In this document: positions 16,228-25,116 of the stretch, piece by piece
How the letters are laid out: every line of letters starts with the position of its first letter
How positions within the stretch are numbered: the stretch's first letter is position 1
DNA from: Candidatus Polarisedimenticolia bacterium
GTDB lineage: Bacteria; Acidobacteriota; Polarisedimenticolia; JACPZX01; DASXTC01
Direction: 5' to 3'
Length of the DNA stretch: 64,000 nt
NCBI GenBank assembly: GCA_035281445.1
Contig: DATEEA010000010.1
Span: forward strand, 14,092-78,091
Made by a program: the position numbers and the translations under genes
The notes under the pieces: model-generated
What the model saw: only the letters and a program-made list of their open reading frames with translations
Databases searched by the model: none
Told to the model about the DNA's origin: nothing

Positions 16228-17775
16228 CTACTGCTGACTGACCCGCACGCTGTACGACCCGTAGCTCCCCCAGTCCGGCGCGTGGGTCACCCGCAGGTAG
16301 TAGTCGCCCGTGGCCGGGGCCGTCCAGGTGATCAGGGACGACTCGTTGCCGGCCGCGCGGTCGTTGTTGAGGGCCAGCACGCTCGAGCCGTCGGTGTCGA
16401 GCAGCTCGATCTGGGTGTTGGCGTCGCTCAGCAGGCCCAGAGTCTCGGCGGCGTACACGGCCCCCTGGGAGGCGCTGAACACGTAGTAGTCGGCATCGGA
16501 CTGCCCGGCGCCGTCCCCGTCGGGATCGGAGAAGAAAGTGGCCGCCACGGCGCCGCCGCCCACCGCCAGAGGCGTGGCCGCGGCGATGCCGTCGTTGACC
16601 TCGGAGGCGTCCTCCACGTACTCCACGTCCACGCGGTCGAAGATGCCGATCATCTCGGCGAGCGCCCCGTTGGAGATGGGCGCGGCATGCCAGCCGTCCC
16701 AGAAGTCCTCCAGCGACTTGTTGACGGCCGACGTCATGTGGTCCCGCTGCACCTGCCAGACCTCCAGGTGGCCGGTGGCCATCCCGTCGCCGTCGTCGGA
16801 CCCGGGCGAGGTGTCCGGCGTGGAAGCGGAGTCGTTGATGTCCCACAGCACGGCGAAGACCGACACCTCGCTGGTGGCGCCGTCGCAGAGGTATTGCGTG
16901 TCGGTCTCCAGGTCGGCGTAGCGGACGAGGCTCCCGGGCCCGGCGGGGCCGCCGTTGCTGCGCATGTAGATGTTGCACCCGGCCAGCCCGGCGAAGCAGA
17001 GCGAGGCGTTGCCCCAGTAGCTGGCGAACCCCTCTTCATAGGCCAGACGGATGTCCACGTTGCAGTTGCTGAAGGTGTGGGAGAGGTCCGGGGAGTCGGT
17101 GGCCGAGTACTGGAAGATGAAGAAGTGCCCCATCTCGTGCAGGAGGGTGGTGTCGTCGTAGCCGGCGGTGTCGCGCACCGAGATGAGCCGGGAGAAGCGC
17201 AGGTAGCTCGAGTCGGTCACCCCCCGGTTGGCGGCCCAGACGGCCTTCAGGTTGTCCTCGGACCCGGGCCGCGATCCGGTCAGGTGGGCGACGTAGTCCG
17301 CGCCGCGCACGAGCTGGTCGAAGATGTTGAACGCCTCCCCTCCCTGTCCCTTGGCGGCGGCGATGGTCCCGAAGTTGACGTTGGTGTTGGGGTTGTGGCC
17401 CGAGACGTTGGCGGTGCGCACCGAGTAGTAGCTGATCTTGCCCGAGCTCTTGTCCTGCACGTCCAGGAACAGCGTCGGCGAGTTGAGCGTGCGGGTGGTG
17501 ACCCGGGCGTACACCGTGCGGTTGCTGTTGTCCACCACGAAGATGGAGTAGTTGCCGTTGGCGTCGGTCGATCCGTTGGCAAGGACCTTGTTCTTGGAGT
17601 CCAGGATCTGGACGTCGGCGAAGCGGATCGGCATCTGCGGCTCGGGGCCGGTGAAGCCGGTCTGGTCGTAGGAGCGGTCCACGTAGACGAACCGGCCGGT
17701 GGCGGTCCAATTGGCGAGAGCGGCCGACGGGATCAACGACAGGGCGGCGAGCAGGGCGAGGCCGCGCGTCTTCAT
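16228..17775 (-). CDS. secreted zinc metalloprotease (HEMGH zincin) with N-terminal CarboxypepD_reg-like and C-terminal pre-peptidase (PPC)-like domains
   Basis: 515-aa ORF with signal peptide MKTRGLALLAALSLIPSAALA. The zinc motif is LLHEMGHFF, with a downstream EEGFASYW. The C-terminal segment DADYYVFSA...GDYYLRVTH is PPC-like. Confidence 0.8.
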   Translation of the reverse strand: MKTRGLALLAALSLIPSAALANWTATGRFVYVDRSYDQTGFTGPEPQMPIRFADVQILDSKNKVLANGSTDANGNYSIFVVDNSNRTVYARVTTRTLNSPTLFLDVQDKSSGKISYYSVRTANVSGHNPNTNVNFGTIAAAKGQGGEAFNIFDQLVRGADYVAHLTGSRPGSEDNLKAVWAANRGVTDSSYLRFSRLISVRDTAGYDDTTLLHEMGHFFIFQYSATDSPDLSHTFSNCNVDIRLAYEEGFASYWGNASLCFAGLAGCNIYMRSNGGPAGPGSLVRYADLETDTQYLCDGATSEVSVFAVLWDINDSASTPDTSPGSDDGDGMATGHLEVWQVQRDHMTSAVNKSLEDFWDGWHAAPISNGALAEMIGIFDRVDVEYVEDASEVNDGIAAATPLAVGGGAVAATFFSDPDGDGAGQSDADYYVFSASQGAVYAAETLGLLSDANTQIELLDTDGSSVLALNNDRAAGNESSLITWTAPATGDYYLRVTHAPDWGSYGSYSVRVSQQ

Positions 17776-18257
17776 TGCGACCCTCCTGCCACCGGAACCC
17801 CCCGGTACTGGAGGTAGTCCCCGACCTGCTCGGGGAGCGCGTCCGGATCGAGCGGCACGCGCAGCGTCGCCCGGCTCATCATGGACTCACCGTCGGCTGT
17901 CAGGCCCAGAGCCACGAACGACAGCTCGTTGTCCACTCCCTGCTGGAGCGGCACGACGACCTCCACCTCGCGGCGCAGTCCGCGCGCCAGCCAGGCGTCT
18001 GCCAGCTTGCGGGCGCGGCCGCGGCCGCGAGGCTCCTCGTACACCTCCACCGAGGCGTCGCGAAGCTGCGACAGCATCACGATCCGCACGCGCCCTTGCA
18101 GGAGCCCGCCGGACTCGGCCATCGAATCGAGCACGGCAGCGGCACTGAAGTCGGCGCCGGGCTCGGCCGGCGCGGGGCCGGCGGGTGCGGCCATGCGGCT
18201 CCCGGCCAGCGGCAAGAGTGACAGAATCATCACGGACAGGACCAATTTCACCTTCAT
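17772..18257 (-). CDS. hypothetical secreted protein, translationally coupled to the metalloprotease
   Basis: 161-aa ORF with RBS AAGGAG upstream and signal peptide MKVKLVLSVMILSLLPLAG. ATGA overlap at 17772-17775. No recognisable domain. Confidence 0.6.
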   Translation of the reverse strand: MKVKLVLSVMILSLLPLAGSRMAAPAGPAPAEPGADFSAAAVLDSMAESGGLLQGRVRIVMLSQLRDASVEVYEEPRGRGRARKLADAWLARGLRREVEVVVPLQQGVDNELSFVALGLTADGESMMSRATLRVPLDPDALPEQVGDYLQYRGVPVAGGSQ

Positions 18258-18375
18258 GCGTGGGCTCCTTGCGCAGAGAGGTGGGAATGGGACGGACCAG
18301 GCAGGGTCAATATACGGCCATCGTGGCCTGGCGCCCGGTGCGAATTGCCGTCAGACCATCGAGCGCTTGAGGGGG

Positions 18376-19653
18376 TCAGCGCCCGGACACCAGCGGCAGC
18401 AGGACGTCGAAGAAGTCGGGGAACGACTTGCTGACGCAGGAAGGGTCGGTGATGACCACGCCCGGGACGGCCAGTCCGGCCACGGTGAAGGCCATGGCCA
18501 GGCGGTGATCCCCTCGCGGATCGATGGCCGCTCCCCGCAGCCCGGCGCGCCCGGCGCCGGGCGGAACGATGGTCAGCCGAGCCTCTTCCGCGACGGCGGC
18601 GGCCCCCAGCGCGCGGGCGCAGGCGGCGGTGGCTTCGATGCGGTCGCTTTCCTTCCAGCGCAGGTGGCCGATCCGGCGCAGCGTCGAGGGTCCTTCGGCG
18701 AACAGGGCCACGGCGGCGACGGTAGGGACGAGGTCGGGGGCGTCGGCGAGGTCCGCGTCCACGCCGCGCAACGATCCTCCGATCACCTCGATGGCCGTCC
18801 CCCGCCGGCGCACCGCGCAGCCCATCGCCTCGAGGATCGGCAGCATCGCCAGGTCCCCCTGCGCCGAGTCGCGGGGTATGCCGGTCACCGCGATGCGGCC
18901 GCCGGTCACCGCGGCGGCGGCGAAGAAGTACGACGCGCTGGAGGCGTCCGCCTCGATCGGGATCATGCGGGGCTGGTAGGGGATTCCAGCCCTCACGTGG
19001 AAGACGCGTCCAGCCTGCTGCTCCACCGAGGCGCCGAAGTCGGCCATCATCCTCAGGGTGAGATCGACGTAGGGTCGCGAGACCAGCTCACCCTCCACCG
19101 TGACGGTCAGGTCCCGGGCGCCGCAGGGGCCGGCCATCAGGAGCGCCGAGAGGAACTGGCTGGAGGCCTCTCCCCGAAGGCGGCACGACCCACCGGGGAA
19201 CCCCCCGGCCACCAGCTCCACGGGGGGGCAGTCGTTGCCGTGCAGCGTCAGGATCGGCACGCCGAGCTGGCGCAAGGCCTCCACCAGATCGCCGATGGGA
19301 CGCTGGCGCATCCTCTCGGAGCCGTCCAGCACGAAGCGCCCTCTTCCCAGGCAGCACAGGGCGGTCAGCAGCCTGAGCGGCGTGCCGGCGTCCCCCAGGT
19401 CCAGCACCGCCCCGGAGGAGGGGATGAGGCCCCCCCGGCCCTCCACCATGAGCGAGCCCCCGCGCCGCGCCGACTCGATCCCCAGCGCGGCCAGGGCGCT
19501 GGCCATGGCGAAGGTGTCGTCGGAGAAGAGAGGGCGGCGCAGGGCCGAGCGCCCGTCCGCCAGGGCGGCGGCGGCCAGGGCGCGGATGGTCAGGCTCTTG
19601 GACGGAGGAGCGGCGACTTCGGCGTCCACCACCCCGCCGGAGGGGATCAGCAT
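18376..19653 (-). CDS. aroA: 3-phosphoshikimate 1-carboxyvinyltransferase (EPSP synthase)
   Basis: Internal Met (ATG 19653-19651) of ORF 18376..20988 gives 425 aa. Family motifs are PPSKSLTIRAL, LGDAGTPLRLL, RMRQRPIGDLV and DHRLAMAF. Confidence 0.9.
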   Translation of the reverse strand: MLIPSGGVVDAEVAAPPSKSLTIRALAAAALADGRSALRRPLFSDDTFAMASALAALGIESARRGGSLMVEGRGGLIPSSGAVLDLGDAGTPLRLLTALCCLGRGRFVLDGSERMRQRPIGDLVEALRQLGVPILTLHGNDCPPVELVAGGFPGGSCRLRGEASSQFLSALLMAGPCGARDLTVTVEGELVSRPYVDLTLRMMADFGASVEQQAGRVFHVRAGIPYQPRMIPIEADASSASYFFAAAAVTGGRIAVTGIPRDSAQGDLAMLPILEAMGCAVRRRGTAIEVIGGSLRGVDADLADAPDLVPTVAAVALFAEGPSTLRRIGHLRWKESDRIEATAACARALGAAAVAEEARLTIVPPGAGRAGLRGAAIDPRGDHRLAMAFTVAGLAVPGVVITDPSCVSKSFPDFFDVLLPLVSGR

Positions 19654-19719
19654 CGCGGCGACGGTGCCTCGGGGGCGCCGCGGGGTGGGCGCCCGGCAAG
19701 TGGGAATTATACTGGACGG

Positions 19720-20943
19720 GTGCCGACCTCCAAGCTCCGGCTGGCGAGCGTCCTTGCGGCCTCCTTGACGGCGGCGGCTCCCTGCGCCGCCTCGGACGGA
19801 GGCGGGCAGGGGGCCGCCGCCGAGGCGCCGTTCACCCTGGCCGTCACCGCCCCTTCCCCCCTCTACCTGGTGGGGCGATCTCGCATCGAAGCCGCGGCCT
19901 TCGACCCTCAGGGGCGCCCTTACGCCAAGGTGGCCTGGATGAGCCTGTCGGTGGACGGCGGGGAGGCGCTTGCCGACGGCAGGCCTCCCTTCGCCTGGGA
20001 GATCGACCTGGGCGGCTCGCTGGAGCGGCGCCGGCTCCAGCTCGAGGCGGTGGACTCCTCGGGCCGGCGGGCCCGGCTCTCGGTGCTCTCCTCCACGCAC
20101 CCCTACGTCGAGGCGGTAAGGGTGGACCTGGTGCTGGTGCCGGTCACCGTGCGCGAAGAGTCTCCCGCCGGGCCGGGGCGGGCGGTCACCGGCCTCACCG
20201 CGGCCGACTTCTCGGTTCTGGAGGAAGGGGCCGCGCGTCCCATCACCTCGTTCAGCGCCGAGCCGATGCCGGTGTCGGTGGCGCTGGCCCTGGACAACAG
20301 CGCCAGCATGGAGGGGACTCTCTGGTCGGCCCGCAAGGCGGCGGCCGAGTTCGCCCGGCGCCTGCCCCGCTGGGCCGCCGTCTCGCTCCTGACCTTCAAC
20401 GATCAAGTCTTCCTGGAGCAGGAGTTCACGCACGACCCCGAGGTGCTGGCCTCCTCGGCCGCCGCGGTGCGCGCGGAGGGCACCCGCACCGCGCTGCTCG
20501 ACGCGCTGCGCATCGGGTCGCTGCACCTGGCCAGGCGCCCCGGTGCGCGGGCCATGGTGGTCTTCACCGACGGGCGCGAGACAGTGCACGAGGAGGAGAC
20601 GGGGAGACTGCAGACCGCCATCGAGGCGGCGCAGGAGGCGGACGTCGCGATCTACGCGGTGGCCTTCGGTGCGGCGGATCGGCCGCCACTGGAGGAGATG
20701 GCCCGGCAGACAGGCGGAGAGCTCCTGGCGGCCGGAGACGCCGGCGCGCTCACGGAGGCCTTCGCGGCCATCGCCGAGTCGCTGGGGACGCGCTACCTGC
20801 TGGGGTTCGAGCCGGCCGAGCAGGGACCTCAGGCGAACTACCGGCGCCTGGAGGTGAAGCTCTCCCGGCCCGGGCTGCGGGTGGCGGCGCGGCGGGGCTA
20901 CTATCTGCGGTCCAGCGTCCCGCCATCCCCTGAGCCGCGTTGA
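19720..20943 (+). CDS. VWA domain protein of the VWFA-related acidobacterial type
   Basis: GTG at 19720 is in frame in ORF 17881..20943. The signal-like N-terminus is VPTSKLRLASVLAASLTAAAPCAA. The MIDAS-like motif is LALDNSASM. The region TFND...GTRTALLDAL...VVFTDGRE and the C-terminal YRRLEVKLSRPGLRVAARRGYY match the pattern I know for TIGR03436-type proteins. Confidence 0.8.
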   Translation: MPTSKLRLASVLAASLTAAAPCAASDGGGQGAAAEAPFTLAVTAPSPLYLVGRSRIEAAAFDPQGRPYAKVAWMSLSVDGGEALADGRPPFAWEIDLGGSLERRRLQLEAVDSSGRRARLSVLSSTHPYVEAVRVDLVLVPVTVREESPAGPGRAVTGLTAADFSVLEEGAARPITSFSAEPMPVSVALALDNSASMEGTLWSARKAAAEFARRLPRWAAVSLLTFNDQVFLEQEFTHDPEVLASSAAAVRAEGTRTALLDALRIGSLHLARRPGARAMVVFTDGRETVHEEETGRLQTAIEAAQEADVAIYAVAFGAADRPPLEEMARQTGGELLAAGDAGALTEAFAAIAESLGTRYLLGFEPAEQGPQANYRRLEVKLSRPGLRVAARRGYYLRSSVPPSPEPR

Positions 20944-20969
20944 AAGGGCCGGAAGCGCTGCACTATACT
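20940..20969 (+). promoter_or_regulatory. sigma-70-type promoter: TTGAAA, 18 nt, TATACT
   Basis: TTGAAA at 20940-20945 overlaps the vWA stop codon. TATACT lies at 20964-20969, 43 nt upstream of GTG 21013. Confidence 0.45.
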
Positions 20970-21012
20970 CGGCCCGTCCCGGCGGCAACGACAGTTCTGC
21001 ATAAGGATTGAC

Positions 21013-21414
21013 GTGAATCGCTGCCTGCGCCTCTCATCACGGCCCATGGCGCTCCTGTTCTGCGCCGCGATGCTCTGCCTCACATGGGGCCGCCAACCTC
21101 TCGCCGTCCAGAAGCCGGAGGCCGAGCTCCAGCTCGCCTTCGGCGTCAAGGTGGCGCTGAAGGGGTCGTGGAACGAGGCCGCCTTCCGGTTCCAGAAGGC
21201 GGTCGCCGCCGATGGGGACAACCCCCGTGCCTTCAACAACCTGGCGGTGGCGCGCGAGAGCCTGGGACAGTGGGAGGCGGCGCGCGAGGCCTACGAGAAG
21301 GCGCTGGCGCTGGCGCCCAAGGACGGCCGGATCCGGCAGAACTACGACCGGTTCATGAGCTTCTACCGTTCGTCGCAGCAACCCGCCGAGCGGAAGGCGG
21401 GGAATGGCCCCTAA
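21013..21414 (+). CDS. TPR repeat protein (secreted or periplasmic)
   Basis: 133-aa ORF. The hydrophobic N-terminus is MALLFCAAMLCLTWG. TPR-like repeats are AAFRFQKAVAADGDNPRAFNNLAVARESLGQWEAAREAYEKALALAP. Confidence 0.7.
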   Translation: MNRCLRLSSRPMALLFCAAMLCLTWGRQPLAVQKPEAELQLAFGVKVALKGSWNEAAFRFQKAVAADGDNPRAFNNLAVARESLGQWEAAREAYEKALALAPKDGRIRQNYDRFMSFYRSSQQPAERKAGNGP

Positions 21415-22072
21415 GCTCGCGGTCCCGGCCGGGCTGCTGCTGCTCGCGGCGGGCGTCTGCTTCGCGGGCGTGGTGGAGGTGCAGGTCAAGCTCCCCGCGC
21501 CCCAGAAGGTGGACACCACCTCGATGCGCCGCCTGCTGGTGGCCTCGTTCCGGGCCAACGACCACCCCGAGCTGGACCTGCCGCGCGAGGTGAACAGGTC
21601 GCTGCGCGACCTCTTCCGCAAAAAGACGGGGTTCGAGGTGGTGGACGCCGAGCCGCTGCCGCTGCCCGAGCAGCCGATCGAGGACGTCATCCGCAACACC
21701 GACTACTGGAAGCGGCTGGGCGCCCGGTTCAACGCCGACCTGCTGGTGGGCGGGACGCTGGAGTTCGCCACACGGGACCAGTCCGGGTTCCAGCAGGAGG
21801 ACATCGTCTCGGAGCTGACCGGGCAGCGCCTTCGCCGCTCCCGGTGGGTGGATCGCGAGTCCTTCAAGCTCGATCTGGGTGTCTATTTCTTCAGGGGCAG
21901 CTCGGGCGAGCTGCTCTACGAGGACCACTTCATCGAGGAGATGGTCTTCGATGGCAAGGCCAACGACGATCTGACGGTGCTGCACCAGGTGGTGGACCGC
22001 GTGAGCGAGGGGATCCTGGGGATCGTCACGCCGCGGCCCCGCGTGGAGGTGAGGCACCTGTTCACGGAGTGA
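21404..22072 (+). CDS. hypothetical envelope protein
   Basis: 222-aa ORF overlapping the TPR gene by 11 nt. Signal-like N-terminus MAPKLAVPAGLLLLAAGVCFAG. No recognisable domain. Confidence 0.6.
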   Translation: MAPKLAVPAGLLLLAAGVCFAGVVEVQVKLPAPQKVDTTSMRRLLVASFRANDHPELDLPREVNRSLRDLFRKKTGFEVVDAEPLPLPEQPIEDVIRNTDYWKRLGARFNADLLVGGTLEFATRDQSGFQQEDIVSELTGQRLRRSRWVDRESFKLDLGVYFFRGSSGELLYEDHFIEEMVFDGKANDDLTVLHQVVDRVSEGILGIVTPRPRVEVRHLFTE

Positions 22073-22080
22073 GACCCACC

Positions 22081-25000
22081 ATGACGCACCGCAAGCTCAT
22101 CCGCTGTCTGGCGGCGGCCGCCGGGCTCGTCGCGGGCCTGGCCCTGTCCGCGGGTGAGGCCACGGCGCAGTTCGGGCGCTTCGGCAGGAACAAGGTCATC
22201 TACAAGACGTTCGACTGGAAGGTCTACAAGTCGCCCCACTTCGACGTCTACTACTACCCCGAGGAGGAGATGTTCCTGGAGCAGATCGTCTCGTACGCCG
22301 AGAGCTCCTATCTCTACCTCAAGGAGGCGCTCGACCACGAGCCGAAGTTCCGCATCCCCCTCATCTATTACAAGAACCACGGCGACTTCGAGCAGACCAA
22401 CATCGACCTGGACTTCATCCCCGAGAGCGTGGGCGCCTTCGCCGACCGGATCGAGAAGCGCATGGTCCTGCCGGTGGATCACCCTCCCGACGCGCTCTAC
22501 GAGCTCCTGACGCACGAGCTGACGCACATCTTCGAGTACAGCATCCTGTTCGAGGACTCCGCCGGCAGGGCTTTGCGGGCGGGCACCCCGCTGTGGCTGA
22601 TGGAGGGGCTTTCGTCGTTCATGGCCAAGGACGAGAGCAGCTTCGATCGGATGGCCATCCGCGACGCGGTGGTGGGGAACCTGGTCCCCGACATCGGCCA
22701 GGTGCGCAACGTGTACTACCTGCAGTACCGCATCGGACACGCGGTGTTCGACTTCATCGAGCAGGAGTTCGGGCTGGAGGGGGTCCGGTCGTTCCTCAAC
22801 GAGTACCGCAAGGTGCTGCTGTCGGGCAACATCGAGAAGGCCATCAAGGAGACCTTCGGCATCGAGGGGGAGGAGTTCAACCGGCGGTTCATGCGATACC
22901 TCCACAAGCGGTACATCCCGGTGCTGCTGGAGAACAAGGAGCCGGAGGATCACGGCAAGGAGATCGGCTTCAAGCTTCCCGGGATCCACACCTTCTCGCC
23001 CACCCTCTCTCCTTCCGGGGACCTGGTGGCGGTGATGACCAACCGCAAGGACGACCTGGACGTGGTCATCCTGAACGCCAAGGACGGGGAGATGATCCGC
23101 AACCTGACCAAGGGCCTGACCACCGAGTACGACTATCTCGTGGCCGAAGTCTTCAACGGCAAGAACGACCTGTCCTGGTCGCCGGGCGGGGACGAGGTGG
23201 CGGTCTTCGCGCGGTCCGGCAACCGGAGGCATCTCCTGCTGTACAACGCGGTCACCGGCAAGGAGGTGCTCAACGAGGTCATGGACGTGGACGAGGCGGA
23301 GTCCCCCGCTTTCTCCCCCGACGGCAAGAGGATCGCCTTCGCCGGCAACAAGAACGGGCAGGTGGACATCTTCGAGTACCACCTGGAGAACAAGACTCTC
23401 GCCAACATCACCAACGACGCTTTCTTCGACTCCAACCCGGCGTGGTCCGAGGACGGCAAGACCATCCTCTACAACCGCCGCATCAACGCCTACGAGAAGG
23501 TCTTCCTCCTGGACTACGAGGACCCGGCCCAGAAGACCCAGGTGACGTTCGGCGAGACCAGCGACATCCAGCCCGCGTTCTCGCGCGACGGCAAGCGGGT
23601 GTACTACGCTTCCGACGCCGGCGAGCACGACATCTTCAACATCTACTCGCTGGACCTGGAGACGGGAGAGGTCCGCCAGTACACCGACGTGGTGAGCGGC
23701 CACTTCAGCCCCAGGGAGCTTCCGGAGCTGGAGGGCAAGCGCCGCCTGGTCACCAGCGCCTACTGGGGCGGCCGGTACCGCCTCTACACCGTGGATCTGG
23801 ACAAGCCGGTGGAGGTGACCCCGCCGGAGGCCAGGGTCCAGGAGCCGGCCGAGATCGAGCCGTTCAAGCCTTCCCTGCAGCTCACCGTGGACGAGGCCGA
23901 GAAGAAGGACTACGCCAAGCGGGAGTACCACCTGGAGGCGGCGCCCGAGGCGATCGGGGTGGGGGTGGCCAACGACGGCACGATCATCGGCAACGCCTAC
24001 CTGACCTTCTCGGATCTGCTGGGGGATCACCGGTTCTGGGTGAACACCTACTCCATCGGCTCGTTCACCAACTTCGACGCCGGCTACATCGACCTGAAGC
24101 GCCGGTTCCAGTGGTACGGGGCGGTCTCCGACTACCGCGACTTCGTGGTGCTGCCCACGTCCTCGGGGCGGTTCGTGCGCGAGCAGGCCAACCGATCGAC
24201 CTCGCTGCGTGCCGGGATGGCCTTCCCTTTCAGCACCTACAGCCGGGTGCAGGCGACCGTGGGCGTGGCCAACCGGGATGTCATCTCCACCGACTTCCAG
24301 ACCTTCGCCACCGACCCGGCTGCGGATCCGAACGTTCCCGAGGCCACGTTCGGGTTCCTGGACTTCGACACCGAGAGCGGGACGTCCCCGTTCGCCTCGG
24401 TGTCGCTCATCAACGACACCACCAGGTTTCGTGAGTTCGGCCCCTGGCACGGCAAGCGTGTCAACCTGACGGTGACTTCCTTCCCCTACTCCTCGGGGGA
24501 CCTCGGCACCTACCTGGAGTACTCGCTGGACGCCCGCCTCTACCAGAAGGTCACCCGGCGATCCCTGCTGGCGTTCCGGCTCTTCGCCGACATCAGCGAG
24601 GGGGAAGGGGCTCAGTTCTTCAGCATCGGCGGCTACAACCAGATCCGGGGCTTCCAGTACAGGGAGTTCCTGGGCGACAGGGCCGCGTTCGCCAACCTGG
24701 AGCTGCGCTTCCCGCTGGTGGACGAGCTGCGGCTTCCCTTCGGCTCCATCCGCAGCATCCGGGGCCTGGCCTTCTTCGACGTCGGCACCGCCTGGACCCA
24801 GGGTGGCTTCTTCTGGGACAAGGAGACCGGGCTGTTCAGGGATTTCAAGTTCTATGACAGCGACGAGAACCGGCTCAGGGACGGCCGCGCCTCGTACGGC
24901 CTGGGGTTTTCTTTCCGGCTGGGCTATCTGGACCTGAACTGGACGTTCGCCAAGAGGCTCCCCTTCACCGAGACGCGGTTCGCGGGGAGCTGCCTGGCGG

Positions 25001-25116
25001 CCGCGAACACGGCCACCACGTTCGAGGAGCTGGCCGCGGCGCTTGCCTCGTGCCCCCTGGTGGAGGTGAGCGACGACGCCTGGAGGTCGGACTTCTACAT
25101 CGGCTACTCGTTCTGA
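22081..25116 (+). CDS. large outer-membrane fusion protein: MA-type peptidase-like module + TolB-like PD40 beta-propeller + Omp85/BamA-like C-terminal barrel
   Basis: ATG at 22081 is in frame in ORF 21844..25116 and gives 1011 aa. The signal peptide ends ...ALSAGEATA. The zinc motif is LTHELTHIFE with a downstream WLMEGLSSF. There are at least five PD40-like repeats (FSPDGKRIAF, WSEDGKTILY, FSRDGKRVYY and others). The barrel-like tail reads GYNQIRGF...GLAFFDVGTAW...YGLGFSFRLGYLDLNW and ends IGYSF. Confidence 0.8.
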   Translation: MTHRKLIRCLAAAAGLVAGLALSAGEATAQFGRFGRNKVIYKTFDWKVYKSPHFDVYYYPEEEMFLEQIVSYAESSYLYLKEALDHEPKFRIPLIYYKNHGDFEQTNIDLDFIPESVGAFADRIEKRMVLPVDHPPDALYELLTHELTHIFEYSILFEDSAGRALRAGTPLWLMEGLSSFMAKDESSFDRMAIRDAVVGNLVPDIGQVRNVYYLQYRIGHAVFDFIEQEFGLEGVRSFLNEYRKVLLSGNIEKAIKETFGIEGEEFNRRFMRYLHKRYIPVLLENKEPEDHGKEIGFKLPGIHTFSPTLSPSGDLVAVMTNRKDDLDVVILNAKDGEMIRNLTKGLTTEYDYLVAEVFNGKNDLSWSPGGDEVAVFARSGNRRHLLLYNAVTGKEVLNEVMDVDEAESPAFSPDGKRIAFAGNKNGQVDIFEYHLENKTLANITNDAFFDSNPAWSEDGKTILYNRRINAYEKVFLLDYEDPAQKTQVTFGETSDIQPAFSRDGKRVYYASDAGEHDIFNIYSLDLETGEVRQYTDVVSGHFSPRELPELEGKRRLVTSAYWGGRYRLYTVDLDKPVEVTPPEARVQEPAEIEPFKPSLQLTVDEAEKKDYAKREYHLEAAPEAIGVGVANDGTIIGNAYLTFSDLLGDHRFWVNTYSIGSFTNFDAGYIDLKRRFQWYGAVSDYRDFVVLPTSSGRFVREQANRSTSLRAGMAFPFSTYSRVQATVGVANRDVISTDFQTFATDPAADPNVPEATFGFLDFDTESGTSPFASVSLINDTTRFREFGPWHGKRVNLTVTSFPYSSGDLGTYLEYSLDARLYQKVTRRSLLAFRLFADISEGEGAQFFSIGGYNQIRGFQYREFLGDRAAFANLELRFPLVDELRLPFGSIRSIRGLAFFDVGTAWTQGGFFWDKETGLFRDFKFYDSDENRLRDGRASYGLGFSFRLGYLDLNWTFAKRLPFTETRFAGSCLAAANTATTFEELAAALASCPLVEVSDDAWRSDFYIGYSF

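Noticed and set aside
15003-17817. ORFs 15003..16241 +, 15592..17817 +, 15899..16978 -, 17036..17710 - over the propeller and metalloprotease genes
   Set aside because: These have shadow-ORF composition (R/G/P/A/H-rich) and no signal peptides or motifs. The opposite or alternate frames encode the recognisable proteins.
17881-19719. 5' extension of the long + ORF that contains the vWA gene. The same applies to the upstream extensions of ORFs 2475..4202, 2247..4226, 8658..11102, 29144..32368, 34351..36261, 36497..38941, 38542..41838, 47926..51546 and 48319..51525.
   Set aside because: The upstream parts are antisense to, or out of frame with, well-supported genes and are compositionally shadow-like. 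Conserved N-termini, RBSs or stop/start overlaps support the internal starts I used.
21916-24450. 844-aa antisense ORF and 613-aa alternate-frame ORF (22593..24434) across the MA/TolB/Omp85 fusion gene
   Set aside because: No motifs, and the composition is dominated by R/G/H/V/P. The + frame from 22081 has coherent domain architecture.
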